A stretch of DNA of 64,000 nucleotides from Glaucostegus cemiculus. Its lineage: Eukaryota. The stretch spans positions 15,562,001-15,626,000 of the forward strand of contig CDPCPM010000050.1 of NCBI GenBank assembly GCA_976551045.1, read 5' to 3'. The notes under the pieces are model-generated. The model was not told the DNA's origin. It worked only from the letters and a program-made list of their open reading frames with translations, and did no database searches. Position numbers and translations under genes: made by a program. Shown here piece after piece: positions 1 through 13,050 of the stretch (its first letter is position 1; each line of letters opens with the position of its first letter).

Positions 1-234
1 GAATAAATAATAGTCAGCAGTCCCAGCTCTTTTCCAGGTGTGTTGTATGGTTTTTCTAAATTAAGGGTACTGGCATGACTTTTTTTTAATATCTCACATG
101 AAAAAAATAGTTTATCTTGCTATACAACACTCCTTTGGTACTGCATTGAAACGTTGGTCATAAATACTGCTAAATGGTTGGAGAATGATTGAAAACATGA
201 ACTACTAAGAGAAACAAGGCAAGGCAAGACTTAC

Positions 235-600
235 TACTTGTTGCTGCATCTTGGCTCTAGTGGCCGAGGTTTAATACTTGGTTGTTGTCTGTGCAGAGTA
301 TGTACATTCTCTCAGTGACCATGTGGGTTTTCCTCAAGTGCTTCAGTCTCTTCCCATGTCCCAAAGATGTGCTGATAGATTAATTGGCTGCTGTAAATTG
401 CCTCAATGTAGGTTGTGACTGGAGAATTAACAGTGGGGGGGGGGGGGGGCGGTAAGGAGAATTGGGAATGAATAGGTATGTAAAATGTTAGAGGTTGCAG
501 AGAAATAACTGGGGAAATGAGATTGATGGGGATGATTTGAGAGCCAATATGGAGTCTGCGCTAATTAGCTTTTTTTGTGTGTCATAAGAAATAGGAAATA
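235..600 (+). mobile_element. V-SINE (HE1-like), degenerate
   Basis: V-domain-like core tgtctgtgcagagtatgtacattctctcagtgaccatgtgggttttcctcaagtgcttcagtctcttcccatgtcccaaagatgtgc; contains a G15 run at 435-449. Confidence 0.75.
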
Positions 601-985
601 TTTAAAAATATATTTGTGAGTTGCTGATTTCAATATTCAGAAATAAAGTGTAGAAGTAAGTAATGCAAATTGCACCTGAATGAAGTCTTAAAGGTACAAA
701 AATAAGTTGGCATAAAAGATGTTATTATGCAGTTAATATTTGCATATTTAGTGACAGTAGAGTTGTCATTGGTTATTATGGCACCAGATGATGTGAACAT
801 TTTCATTGCTGGTAGTTAATTTTACTAATTCATATTTTTACAATATTGAAAAATAGTTTAAGGATATCTTTTACATGGGATTATTTTCACCAACCCCATC
901 TCCATTGGCTAACGTCGGATAAGTTTTAAAGTACACTAATTTAAGAAAAAAAAACAAAAAGCATATGTTCTATCTTTTGGTTTAG

Positions 986-1202
986 ATATTTTCAGTGCCA
1001 GGCAAAGTATGGTCTGTTTGCACCAGTTCATAAAGTTACCAGAATTGGATTCCCCTCAACAACGCCGGCTAAAGCCAAGACAACTGTACGAAAAATAGTA
1101 GCTACCCCATCAAATCTCAAGCGGAGTCCTAGTGCATCATCCATCAGCTCTTTAAGCTCTGTAGCATCTTCCATCAGTGGTAGACCAAGTCGATCAGGAT
1201 TG
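986..1202 (+). CDS. CLIP1: CLIP1 exon: end of second CAP-Gly domain plus serine-rich region
   Basis: tttag|A TAT TTT CAG TGC... encodes [72 protein letters not shown]; donor TTG|gtaaga; 217 nt. Confidence 0.95.
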
Positions 1203-1329
1203 GTAAGAAATTAACCTGATGTCAAAAGTTGCTTAATCTATCCTGGGGGCTTTGCAAGGTGTTTAATGTTAAATTTTTATATAAATGTACAAAATATTTA
1301 CTGATCTTTCATTTTGAGGAATTACTTCT

Positions 1330-1700
1330 GAAGTATTTAAGGAATAGAGAATAATGAGATGGGAAGATTGGCAATGAAAAATGAGGCGAGGAGAGCTAGG
1401 CCATGGGTTAGATGAATTGAATGAGAAAGAAGGGGGTGAGGATGGAGTAAGATGTGGGGAAATGAGGTGAGAATGTATGGTATGAAGGCAAGAATAGGGA
1501 AAGGTAGAGAGGATGGGAGATTCAGGAAAATGGGTAAAGTTGGTGTGAGAAGAACTGAGGAGTGGGGAGCTAAGTGGAGGGAAAGAATAAATGAAGGAAT
1601 GAAATTGGAAGAAAAAAATTAAAGGATGCATTGGAAGGCAGCAAAGGGAGGAGAGGAGCAAAACTGGAGTTTGCAACAGCAAGGTTGGGGAAGTAGACCA
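1330..1700. repeat. GA-rich low-complexity tract
   Basis: Strong purine bias on the + strand; it explains the spurious S/P/L/F-rich ORF 1269..1730 (-). Confidence 0.7.
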
Positions 1701-2071
1701 ATTTTCCTCAAAAGTTTGTTGCAAAATCATTTTAGATTTGACACTAGTGAAGCAACCAATGACTTGCAGGGGAAGGGGAAGAAATAACAGCTATTTAAGT
1801 GGATAAGGGACATTGTCACATCAGAAATCCCTTTTCCTTATCAGGTCAGAAGGTTTTTCCAGCCAACTAATTAAGTCATTGTACATTTTTAAGTGAGTAC
1901 TAGAGTTTTGCTTTATCATTTTATCCTGTAGAGAAAAACCACACTACAGGAGAGGGGAAGATTTGAGCAAACAAGGGGAAAAATTAATTTTTCAGTCAAA
2001 AAGAAATCTGCAGTAATAAATTAGCTTAACTGTTATTCTAATAACTTGGGTGTCAATTTTTTTTTATCCAG

Positions 2072-2269
2072 CTAACAGAAACATCTTCACGTTATGCAAG
2101 AAAAATATCAGGTACCACTGCATTACAGGAGGCTTTAAAGGAAAAGCAGCAGCACATTGAACAGCTTCTGGCTGAGCGAGACCTGGAAAGAGCTGAGGTT
2201 GCCAAGGCAACTAGCCACGTGGGAGAAATTGAACAGGAGCTTACGTTACTTCGGACAGGTCACGAACAG
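2072..2269 (+). CDS. CLIP1: CLIP1 exon: start of coiled coil
   Basis: tttatccag|CTA; [66 protein letters not shown]; CAG|gtaaga; 198 nt. Confidence 0.96.
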
Positions 2270-2679
2270 GTAAGAGCTTAATGAAACTGTAAGCTTAATT
2301 GGCAAGGTACAATGGAAATGAGATATAAAGATCTATAATTACTGTATGATAGCTAGCATAAAAGGCAGAGACAAGAATAGACTTAATGAGGTATAATAGG
2401 CTATTGGATTAGATTTACCATGGTTTATTTCATTGATAGGTTATATGTATTTTCCCAGAGAGTGTCTACTTTATTTAGGGGGAAATGGTAGCTTCATGTG
2501 AGCTAGCAGCATTGGTGTCCAATTCAGGTGTAATGAATCTTTATCCAAATTTAACTAAGGCTTTTCTTTCTTCACTTCTCCACTCACCAATCAACCTTCC
2601 TTATCAACTGCCAAAGCTGGAAAACACTCGCTCTAGAAAGGTGTAGACACAAGAGACTGCAGATGCTGGAAGATCTAAA

Positions 2680-3560
2680 AGAAAGGTATAATTGGCAAGG
2701 AAGCAATGAGAAAAGCTAACTCTGTCTTCCTCCTGACAAAATTATTGGAATACAAGCAAAACTTAACCAACATATAGTTTCATCAGAGAAACAAGTGCAA
2801 GACCTAATGGCAACACCTTTGTTCCAGGCACTGATACCTGCTAGATGTGTTGCAGTATAAACAGGAGATTGCAAGTAAGTCAGCAGCACTCATCTCAAGA
2901 TTGGTGCAGGCAAATGGTGAATTAACCACCCTGCCAATCAATCCAGTCTGTCCTCTCCATCAGTCTTGCCCCTTATTGGCAACCCAAGTGCTGCTGCTGC
3001 TGCAAGAAAATTGACGTGTAAGGACTCAAAGACCCCACAAATAAAACTCTTTCCGTCAGCAGCTCACGAACAAACAGATGACTCTTAATTGGAAGGAACT
3101 GCAAAATAGCCACAGTCCCTAATCTGCCCTGATATCCATCATAATTAGTACTAATGAAGAGATTCTTGGCTTTTCTACCTGAAAGAACCAAACCTGGTTT
3201 GATGAAAATGGCCTGGAGATCATAACTGAAAATCATTCTTTGACTAGAGATGCAATCATGTCACACGGGGGAAGAAAACTGATCTATAGACATCTGAAGG
3301 CCAAAGACCAACGAAAGTGGCAGGAGATCCAGCAACTAACTGATAACCTTGGCGAATGTAGATTTTTTGGGTTCTGTGAAAAGCATTTCGGGGGTGAACA
3401 TGCAAGGATACCTTCCACTGAGGGCCAAGAATAGAGGTAAACTTATCAAGGGTATTGTGGCAGTCATTGTCTGCTGGATGGAGCACTTCAAATGTCTCCT
3501 CAGTTGAGGCACTACCCTTGACCCAAGTGACCTGGGCTGTATTCCACAGCAGTTTTATGC
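2680..3560 (+). mobile_element. RTE-clade LINE fragment, decayed
   Basis: Frameshifted remnants resembling the RTE endonuclease C-terminus (GIIGKE..KANS..LLTK..LTN..F.QR.K.KT.WQH..SRH..LLD) and linker (EIQQL.D...FF..K...PLRAK..KLIK..WMEHF..LL). Confidence 0.65.
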
Positions 3561-3662
3561 AGTTGAAAATCATTTTTTGTCTAGAATAATGGGAAGTGTA
3601 AGACCCACTTAATCAACTTCCTGAACTTTCCTATAATGTTAACATTCAACCTCTTAATGCAG

Positions 3663-3766
3663 AATGTATTGGAGATGGAGGCGAAGATGGACCAATTACG
3701 AGCATTGGTGGAGGCTGCTGACAGAGAGAAGGTGGAGCTTTTGAACCAGCTGGAGGAAGAGAAAAG
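3663..3766 (+). CDS. CLIP1: CLIP1 exon
   Basis: atgcag|AAT; [34 protein letters not shown](R); AG|gtacca; 104 nt. Confidence 0.95.
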
Positions 3767-4110
3767 GTACCAGCTGCTAAAATAATGTCTGAAATAAATT
3801 ATAATAGAGATGGGAAAAAAAATTGTAAAAAAAAAGACAAACAATATGGAGCCTCATTGTTCTGTAGAAAAGCACAGCGTGGCTTGATATGAGCCAACTC
3901 AGAAATCAGGTTATTCTTAAGTTTAACCTTGTAGTTTGACAGCAGTATTTATCAACTGTATTCTATATATGAACTGGGAAAAGTTTGTATTTTAAGCAGA
4001 GTTTTCTTTTTGCCTTCATTTCTTCTGTTATTAAAGACCTTCAGCCAGTCACATTCTTTCTGCCTAATAGTTTTTTTCCCCTCAAGAATTATTTCTGTTT
4101 TTACCAACAG

Positions 4111-4171
4111 AAAAGTGGAAGATCTTCAGTTCCGTGTAGAGGAAGAGTCCATTACCAAAGGTGATTTAGAG
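4111..4171 (+). CDS. CLIP1: CLIP1 exon
   Basis: ccaacag|A; KVEDLQFRVEEESITKGDLE; GAG|gtaata; 61 nt. Confidence 0.95.
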
Positions 4172-5419
4172 GTAATAATCCCCTGGATTTTCAGAAATCA
4201 TGAACAAAAGACCATAACCATTCTGACTGGTATTTTGCATGTAACAGAACATGTTTGCTGCTAGTACTTAAGAAGCCAGGGAACAGCAACACTGAATAAG
4301 TTTTTCAACGCCTGTTGGTATAAAAGGGATGAGAGGCTGTGAACAGTTCACGCTAGTGGCTGATGACTGCTGATCAATGGAGAACCTGGGCTTAAATATC
4401 TAAATATTTCAAATTATGATTGGGTGATTTGGTTATTTGGCATGGCGCTTTGGCTATGTGGTTGCAGTGGTGGCAAAAATTTCTTGATTAATTAACAGTT
4501 ACGACCTTATGCCCTCAACAAACAGTGCAATTTTAAATGATTAACATTGTTGTATTCCATTGAGGATGAAAATTTATTCTGTATGTGTTTAACAAGTTCT
4601 ATTACTGCTTCAAAATTTCTTTACACTTACTTGGATATATTCAAATATTTGAGAATACCATAAATAAGTGAACTATGCATATAAAACTGGCAGTCCTTGG
4701 TCTCTTGAATCAGAATTAATTCAACTTTAAGTTTTTAAAGTAGTTTTAGCATTTTCAATCTCACAGTTAATTTTGTTAATATTCAGTTCATCAAAAAAAA
4801 AATCACAAGTGAGGGAAGAAATGGCAGAGCTTTAGAAAATTAGTATTGGAACAATTACCAAACACTGAAAGACCATTTGAGTTGAAGTGGAGTACAGCAA
4901 CTCACATTCAAAAAGAGATTGAGATATAAACTGAAGACAAATTAGTTTAACTTCTGTTTTGGGGAAAATGCACAAATGCTTTTTACAGGGGCCATTATTT
5001 GAAGATCACTGATCAAGAATTAACAACAATAATTAACAGCAGGAATAGTTTTACCTCTCCTTCTTGAATTCTTTAAAGTAATAACTATTAACCAATGAGA
5101 GCTATCTAATGGAACTGATTTACTTAGATATAAAGAATATCATAAACTCTCTTGATTGCAGATTTCTAAATGTATAGAGCCTACAAAAGGATGAAGTACT
5201 TATAATCAGTGGGAAGAGATGTCTTAGTGAGTCAAGTGGTATATAGGGGGGAGAAAAGGTCTGGTGTTGTTTAAAGCTCTGCACATGTCTGAATCAAAAT
5301 GTTATCATTTGTATACAGTTTAAACTATTTTCCATGTAGTCAAAAATAATACTTACGTGAAGAGGAAACCCTACATTCCACATCGGGCATTTGATTGTAT
5401 TCAGCATGTCAGCACAAGT

Positions 5420-6440
5420 CCAGAACTTTTTCCAAATCATAGGAATTTATACTATAGTAGGCCATTCAGCTCATGGTGCCCGAGTCAGGCAATAAAAAGA
5501 GAGCTCTTTAAACATACCCCTCCACCATTTCTCCTGGTCTGTAGCCTTATAGATTGTGCTTTGTCAAGTGCTCATTCATGAATTTGTTAAATGAATGGGT
5601 TTTTGCCTCCACCTTTTTACACTGAATTCTTTTTTTTCTTCCAATCTTTGGAAGATTTTCCACAACCCCCTCTAATAGTCCTATCAGCTCTCTTAAATCT
5701 GTGGCTTTTAGTTAATGACCTTTCTGCTGAGGGAAATGGATTATACCTATTCACTCCATCCCGATCTCTTCTAATTACGTTTATCTCAATTTAAAGTCTC
5801 AGCCTTCTCTGCTGAAGAAAACTTTTAGCTTGACAATATCCTTGTCAATACCCTGTATATCTTTTCCAATGTTATCTTCTTATGTGATAACCAGAACAGT
5901 GAAGTACTCCAGCTGTGGCCCAACAAGGATTTTTCATTGCTTTAGCGTAATTCCCTGCTCTTAAACTCTGTCTCAGCCAATAAAGGACAGTATCCTGTAT
6001 GTCTTCTCAATTACTTATGTATTTAACCTTCAAGGATTTGTGGACATCCAATCCAAAACCCCATGATCATTCAGAATAATATCTATTCCTTCAGCCACCC
6101 TGAACACAGATTATCATTTTGGACTCTAATAGGCCCTACTCTTGTTATCCTTTTGTCTTCTGTGCATTTCAGAAACAAATTGGAATGTTTCTTGATTTAG
6201 CTTGCCAATATTTTTCATGGACATTCTTTACCTTCCTAACTTTCTTCTTAATTTCACTCCAGCACTTTCTAGCCCTACTGCAAAACTGAGTTGATGGATC
6301 CGTGAAAAGACTTTTTTGCTTTTGCCTTCTTTGTATGTAACTTAGCATCCAGGGAAACTTGGATTTGGGATTCTCGCTCTTTTCCTTCATAGGAACATAT
6401 TTGTACATGCTCCTTCCAACTGACCAGCACCATTCCTTAT
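5420..6440 (-). mobile_element. CR1-type LINE fragments
   Basis: Reverse-strand CR1 3' tail (gtaggccattcagc) and ORF2 remnants (ccagaacagtgaagtactccagctgtggccc). Confidence 0.55.
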
Positions 6441-9400
6441 AACCAGGTCTAAAACTGCCCATTAAACCTATCACAAAAAAATACTTTTTATGTAAAACAT
6501 TGTGCCTTGTGCTAAATAAAATTTTTGAATTTTGTTTTAACCAACAGTAAATTCAAATCAAATAAATGACATGGAATTGTTGTAAGAGACAGATATGGGC
6601 AAAATGAAGACTGTAGGAACAAGTCTGAGGAACTTTTGGACCAAATCCTGCCAGTTTTATCAGGAAACTTTGGATGTCTTCAAAAATAATGCTAATTAAA
6701 TGTGGTAATTCTGATGTAAGAACAGTTCTGTCCTTGAGTAGAAACATGGTGATTGCTTTTGGATCATCAGTGATAGTGTTGCCTAAAAATTAATTGTCAA
6801 AACAAAAGTATAAGATATATTTGGCAAGTTATGACAAAGCACAACTAACACATTGCTAATCTATGTGTAGGAATTTGGGCAAACCCTAGGGTCTCAAATT
6901 CAAATGCAAATTTCATATTAAATGATTCTTGCATTCCTATATCATTCAGAAACATGTACCTTACCTCTCTGAAGATTTATCCAACAAGTTCCCGAACTAC
7001 ACCAACCTGTAAAATTCTAGTTTTGATCCACAAACAATATAGCGATAACTCATCACAGCAAAAGTATAAATGAGCTACAGTTAGCTTTTTAAACCATGCC
7101 ATTGGCCAATTCTCATTTCTCATTTTGATCTAGTTACCCTCTTAAAATAGACGAGTGTAAATGATGAGTGACAAAAGGGTTGGTACCTAGGTGAAATGCT
7201 TTTCCCAATCAAGTTGCTAGCTGCTACATGTTCATGTAGGAACTGAACAATGGAAACTAAATTAGGCACTGGAATATGCTTCTGACTCCATATTCTTTAA
7301 AGAACAAATTATTACAGGAAAGAAAGGAATAAAATCATCAAGCATTTTTTTTTGGGATGCAGCATTCATTGAAATGTAGAGTTAAAGCAAAATGGATTGG
7401 ATGGTATAGGAGTGGCTTCTTTTCAGATTGATAGTTTAATCATCAGAGTGCCGCTTAGTGGACATCATTGCATGCAAGGGTTGTAGCAACTATTCTACAC
7501 TTTCCTTAGTAAAATTAGATTAAAAGGGAATGGTATATAGTGTAAGACAGGTGAAGACATCCAATGTTTAAATAATTTCTAATTTGAGCAATCCAAGATA
7601 CTACTATAAAACAAATACCAGAACTAACTGCAGTAACTGTTTTCTCAGCATTGACATACTTATATGCATGTTGCTTTCACAGCTGCACAGAATGAAATGC
7701 ATTATATATGATGATGAATAACTCTGCTGTAAACCCCTATTAATTATAGGTTTATAACTAGTTTTGCTATTATTATTATTATTTGACTGTACATGTAATA
7801 TAGTTTAAAAACTAAGGTCCATCTGAGCAGCAATTAATGAAGGCAAGCTACTGAGTCCCTGACTTATTTTAAAAAGATACTTGCAATTATGTTTTGTAGA
7901 GATCAAAAGAAGATTATCCACTGCAGCTTTAGTTTTACAAAACACTTGGGTTTTGATTTGTTTATTCATGGGGAAACTTTACACAGAAATGTGAATTTCT
8001 TTAATAATGACTGAAGTCAAATATTATTTCAGGATTGTAAAATGTTTTGGGATTCCCCCATTGTTATTTAAGGTTCTATACAATTTTTCCCCTTTATTTT
8101 CATTCCAGTAGCTTTCCATTAGGAACTGATTAGAATCCAGATTTTTGTTAAATTTATTTAAATTATGTAATGTGGATTTTGAAATTAGACTGACCAATCT
8201 AATATCTTATTGTTTGAACTGAGGCTAGCATCATTTCAGAGTCTGAAGTTTTCCCTTAAGTGCTTTCTATATTTCTCAAACCCACCTGAAGCAGAGGTTA
8301 ATGACTCTGAGTGTAATTTGCATTGTTTCATTGATCAACGACAATGGTGACTATCTTTCTGTTCTTCTGTTCTGAATTCCTGTTCAGATCCAGCATTATC
8401 AGGCATCAGTTGTCCTTGTATATTTCCCATGAAAAGCCGTGAGAAAAACCTCACATGGAAGGTTAAATATTTCATTAGCATTCTGAATGACTGAAGATGC
8501 CTTGGAATTCATTTGTGTAACTTTTGTGCTGCCAATATATATTTAAGCAATCAAATTCTCTTGAACAATACATTAATTTTATTAACATGCCAAATTAATC
8601 TGAACTATCATTTTGAAATATTAAAGCAGATTATGTAAGTTCAGAAAAGAAATATGTGTCCAATATTTCATTTTGCAAACACATCAGATTATACAGGTAA
8701 CAAATGGATTTATATTTAATGACTCTTAGAAGAATTGCTAGCCTCAAGAACTGATTAAAAGAGAAAAATCATGATTTCAGATTATTCTGTGAGGTTCATT
8801 GCAATTTCATTTTGAAAGTGGATGAGTTGCCACAACTCTACCCCTTTGAAAATGTTGCCACTTGCTCTCGTTCCTTTTTGTACCATCACGTCCATTGTGG
8901 ACTTATTCCTTACTGGCTAAAAATTCAACTGGCCATCAGCAGACCATATTGGCTTTAAGGACTTTGACTGGTCCAAGCAAGCCTTTCAACGATCTAAATA
9001 GTCAAATAGCTGTCTTAATTCTCAGTTTTATCCCAAGTACTGTAATTTAATTCCTTCATAATTATAAAACGTAGCCTTACTTTATTCTTGTATGTGTTGC
9101 TGAAGCATCATTTGAAAGAATGGATTGAAGTACTTGCTGCTCAAGTACTCAATGTTTTGTCATTTTTGGAATTTTTGAAGTGCATCTTTTGAGCAGTCTC
9201 CTTGTGTGCACCCAGAGTAGTTTAAAAATAAAATCATGAGTTCTTTTTTCCAAAATCTTCCAGAAACCAACTAATTAAAACAAACTAATATGATTTTGTT
9301 TCGATCTCAAGTTATAAAAGTTTAATTTTTCTCAGTAATGTGCATGGATAATCAACTCCAAACCCAAGTACAATGAAGACCACCTGCATTTTTTCTGAAT

Positions 9401-9956
9401 GCACAATGAGAAATTCATTTTAGTTTATAATGCAAGTGAAGTCACATTCAAATTACTTAAAGTATAAATCTGTACAGGAAATTACAAGAATATGTTACTT
9501 TGAAGGATTTTGTGTTTTGCTCTTGATTTATTCTTAGGATGTTTTACCATTTCTAGCTGTAAATCTGTTTCTGAATAATTAGACTAATAATGTTTCAAAA
9601 TACAGAAGCACAAGGGGGTTTACAGTAGTAAACTAAAATTTAAGTATTAACTTCTGATTTGAACAATGCTGATATTAAAATGTACACTGACTGCATGAAA
9701 CTTTTGAATCTGCCTTTTTAAAACTGTATTTCTTTTAATTGTTCCCTATTTATCCTTGCCAGTGCATACCTTTTGATACCATTTTCCATTAAACATTTCT
9801 GTTTGCTTCCAAACTGTCCAATTTACCCTTTGCTTTCCTAACTGTTATAAAAGGCAGAAGGTGCTGGTGGATAAGCCTGCATGTGGCTCCCTCCTGTCGT
9901 GCTGGCATGTGATGGTGGCACTGGTGTGTTCTCTTCCTCTCCCTTTTTACTAACAG

Positions 9957-10061
9957 ACGCAGACCAAACTGGAGCATGCCCGCATTAAGGAGCTTGAACA
10001 GAGCCTGCTCTTTGAAAAGACCAAAGCTGAAAAACTCCAGAGAGAGTTAGAAGACACTAGG
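9957..10061 (+). CDS. CLIP1: CLIP1 35-aa cassette exon (the restin insert)
   Basis: ttttactaacag|ACG; [35 protein letters not shown]; AGG|gtaatg; 105 nt, phase 0/0; nearly identical to the recalled alternatively spliced 35-aa insert of mammalian CLIP-170. Confidence 0.95.
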
Positions 10062-10949
10062 GTAATGGATTTCACAGTTTCAATGAACTCCATTCAATTA
10101 TCAGCATGTACCCAAAATGGATATAAGTTGCTAACATTGACATTGTTATATCGGTTTATCCCCGCAAAAAAAAAGTTATCACTTAGCTAAGGACATTTTA
10201 AGCATCATTTATATGTATTTTAGAATGAGATTTTGCTATGTGGATCTTCAAAGAATTTTTTGCATTTCTGGGTTGTTACTTGTTGATGTATGCTTACTCC
10301 ATGTCCTACCTTAAATGAGTGAGCTAGTTGACAATCTGCTCACAAATGTTTGGTGGTGAGTAGTCAACAAATGGGAACTTCGTGGAAGATTAACATCCTT
10401 CAATTTTTCTGGCTTCTTCTCAGAAAAGTGCTTCCACGCTGCAACTCCCAAAAGACCTAGCTGAAAATAACTTTGCAGTTAAAACTGTCAATGGGTGCAG
10501 TCCCACATTCTACCACAGAGTGGTGCATTACGTCGAAGTAGCAATGTGATAAGTGTCACCTTTGTGGTTGGTTACATATAGAAAATGTTAAATGTAAATT
10601 TTAATTAACTTTAGAAAATCAAAATTTATTTTTAAAGATAAAGATAACTGTATAAGTAGACACTTAAGAACAATTTTTTTTGAAAGATGAATATCATCTC
10701 CAAAGAAAACTGGAGGAAATCTGTTTCATTGATTTGTGACCTAGTTACAACAGTTAAGGTTTCATGTCTTGCACCTACTACCTTATATTATATCGTTTTC
10801 AAAGCAGGTTGATCTGATGATGCAATTTTATTTTGACATTTGCTTTTTTAAACCTTACTAGTTTCACTGGTTTCTCCAGGCCTTGCACAAACTATTAACT
10901 ATTAAGCTGATTAATTCTCTGTAGTTTCCCACAGTTTCATTCCTCTCCT

Positions 10950-11600
10950 TGGCCAGTTGTATTAAGCTGTATTAGATTGCTCAGAGGTTCCATAACCTTT
11001 CCATTCACAAGATCACCTAATTTACTTCTGTAAAGTCGCCTATCTCTACTCCTGCAAAGGCCCATCTGCTGCTGAAACACTTCCATACTTCCATTATTAC
11101 CAGGCTTACTTCTCCTTTCAGGTTTCCCATTTTCCATCTTCTATTGAGTTCTCATTAAAATTCCTCTGCCCATAATCTAATTTGGACATCCCAATTACCC
11201 ATTACCATAATATAATTCAGGCAAGCCCCAATTACTCATCACCCTGTGAATGTTGATGTACACATACTTCCGTTAAACTGATGCCATGAACGTAAAGTTT
11301 TCATCCTTGTCTTCATTGCCTTATCTGTCCTTTTGTCTGTGGCCTCAAACAGTTCAGCCATGCTTTGGGAATTTTATGTACTCCATATTTTAGCCTCTTT
11401 TACATTGACCACTGCCTTTGCCCTCATCATTGGCAGAGATGCCTTCAGCAATCTCGGCTGTAAACTGTGGAATTTTCTATTTAAGTTACTCTTTTTGTCC
11501 ATCTTGCTCCCTCCTTGAATTTGCTCTTGAAATCCAGCTTTTTGATTAAAGCTTTCAGTCCCCTCAGCAAAAGTCTCCTACTTTGACTCAGGTGTGACTG
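10950..11600 (+). mobile_element. L2-type LINE fragment
   Basis: Pyrimidine-rich; 3' part cattggcagagatgccttcagc...ctgtggaatt...tttgattaaagctttcagtc resembles the other L2 tails in the window. Confidence 0.45.
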
Positions 11601-12589
11601 TGCAATATATATTGCAGCTGATAAACAAATTTCTCATTGCACCAAAGCATTTTTAAAAAATTAAGGCTTCAAAATCTGGTAAAGATTGGCACACAATTCA
11701 TTTTGGGCAAAACTTGAGTGTGTACAGTTGTACAAAATACTAATATTACAAGAGCATTGTTAAAGTAGCTTCATAAATATTTTAGCATTACCTGACAATA
11801 TAAACTATTACATTTTACTTGGAGGCAGCATTAACTACCGAAAGTGATTAAAGTGCACAATTAAGATTTCAAATGTTAACAGCAAATTCTTTCTCATTCT
11901 AATTTCCAACTTTTTCAAAGCTGCTTTGTTTTCGTGGATCCTATTCAAGCTGGAAACTCCTGCTTGCAATGCAGTATAACAAACATTTTCATGCACAGTG
12001 ACTGATTCTGCCATTTTCTTTAAGTGACTACAGATATGGTGTTTAACAGTGATCTTCAAATTGAGGTCTCTTTCAAAAGTTGCTGTATTTAATCCTTTCT
12101 GTTTCCAGTGTTATTGAGTGGGTGAGTGTTTGATATTACTGTGATTATAACGTGCTCCAGGCTGCATAAGAGCTTCTCAAAGGAGAGAAATGAAAATAAG
12201 AGTGGATACGATGTCCAAATTATGGAATGCTGGAAGGCATAAAGTAGATTCCAACAGATTTTATTTTTAAGCTGAATTTTGGTGTAGAAGAGTGTAAACT
12301 CAACATGTTTTTAGTAAATCTTGAAATGTATAGGAAATTTCTTCCAACCATGTTAAATGTAACTGAAGCAGTCCTTCTAACAAAGCAGTTAATATTATGT
12401 CAGTCAAAACATTTTAAAAGCTGGGTGAACATTGGATTTGGAGTGAATTTGATGATTAAATGATTATGATGTCATTTAGCATATCATACACTTGATGAGT
12501 TGAAAGGGAGGGAGAGTGGGTTTGGGAGAAAATAATAAGAAAAATAGGTTTGGAGCATTTGAAAGGACGTTAAAAGGCCATTTATTCCC

Positions 12590-13050
12590 AAACTACGGGA
12601 AATCCTCAGGCTCTTTATCAAGCCCGGCCATCTTCAGCTGTATCATCAATGACCTTGCTTCTATCATAAGATCAGAAGTGGAGATGTCTGCTGATGATTG
12701 TACAATGTTCAATTTGCAACTCAACAAATGAAGCAGCAACCTATGGCTGCATTCAGCAAGAATTGTCAATATTCATGCATGGGTTTTAAGTAGTACATAA
12801 CACTCGTGCCAGACAATGACATCTCCCACAAGAAAGTCTTAGCTTCCTATCCTTGCAAACCTTCCTGACTTGGGAATACATCACCAATCCTTCATTGTTG
12901 CTGAATCCTAGAATCAGCTACCTAATAGTGTTCTGACAGTACCTTCACCCAAAGAACAGCAACATTTCAAAAAGATGGCTTCACCACCACCACCTCAAAA
13001 CAGTTAGGGATGGGCCATAAGTGCTGACCTTGCCAACAATGCTTGTATAG
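12590..13050 (+). mobile_element. CR1/L2-group LINE fragment with RT remnant and 3' tail
   Basis: ORF 12516..12731 contains PAIFSCIINDLASIIRSEVEMSADDCTMF (RT motifs, FADD-like); tail cagttagggatgggccataagtgctgaccttgcc. Confidence 0.7.

Noticed and set aside
1269-1730. 153-aa minus-strand ORF
   Set aside because: S/P/L/F-rich translation of a GA-rich low-complexity tract.
6945-7015. ttcag|AAA CAT GTA CCT TAC CTC TCT GAA GAT TTA TCC AAC (KHVPYLSEDLSN), faintly like the tetrapod 11-aa cassette QKSQISEDPEN
   Set aside because: No credible phase-0 donor before the in-frame stop; the similarity is only a few residues. The 11-aa exon is not demonstrable in this window.
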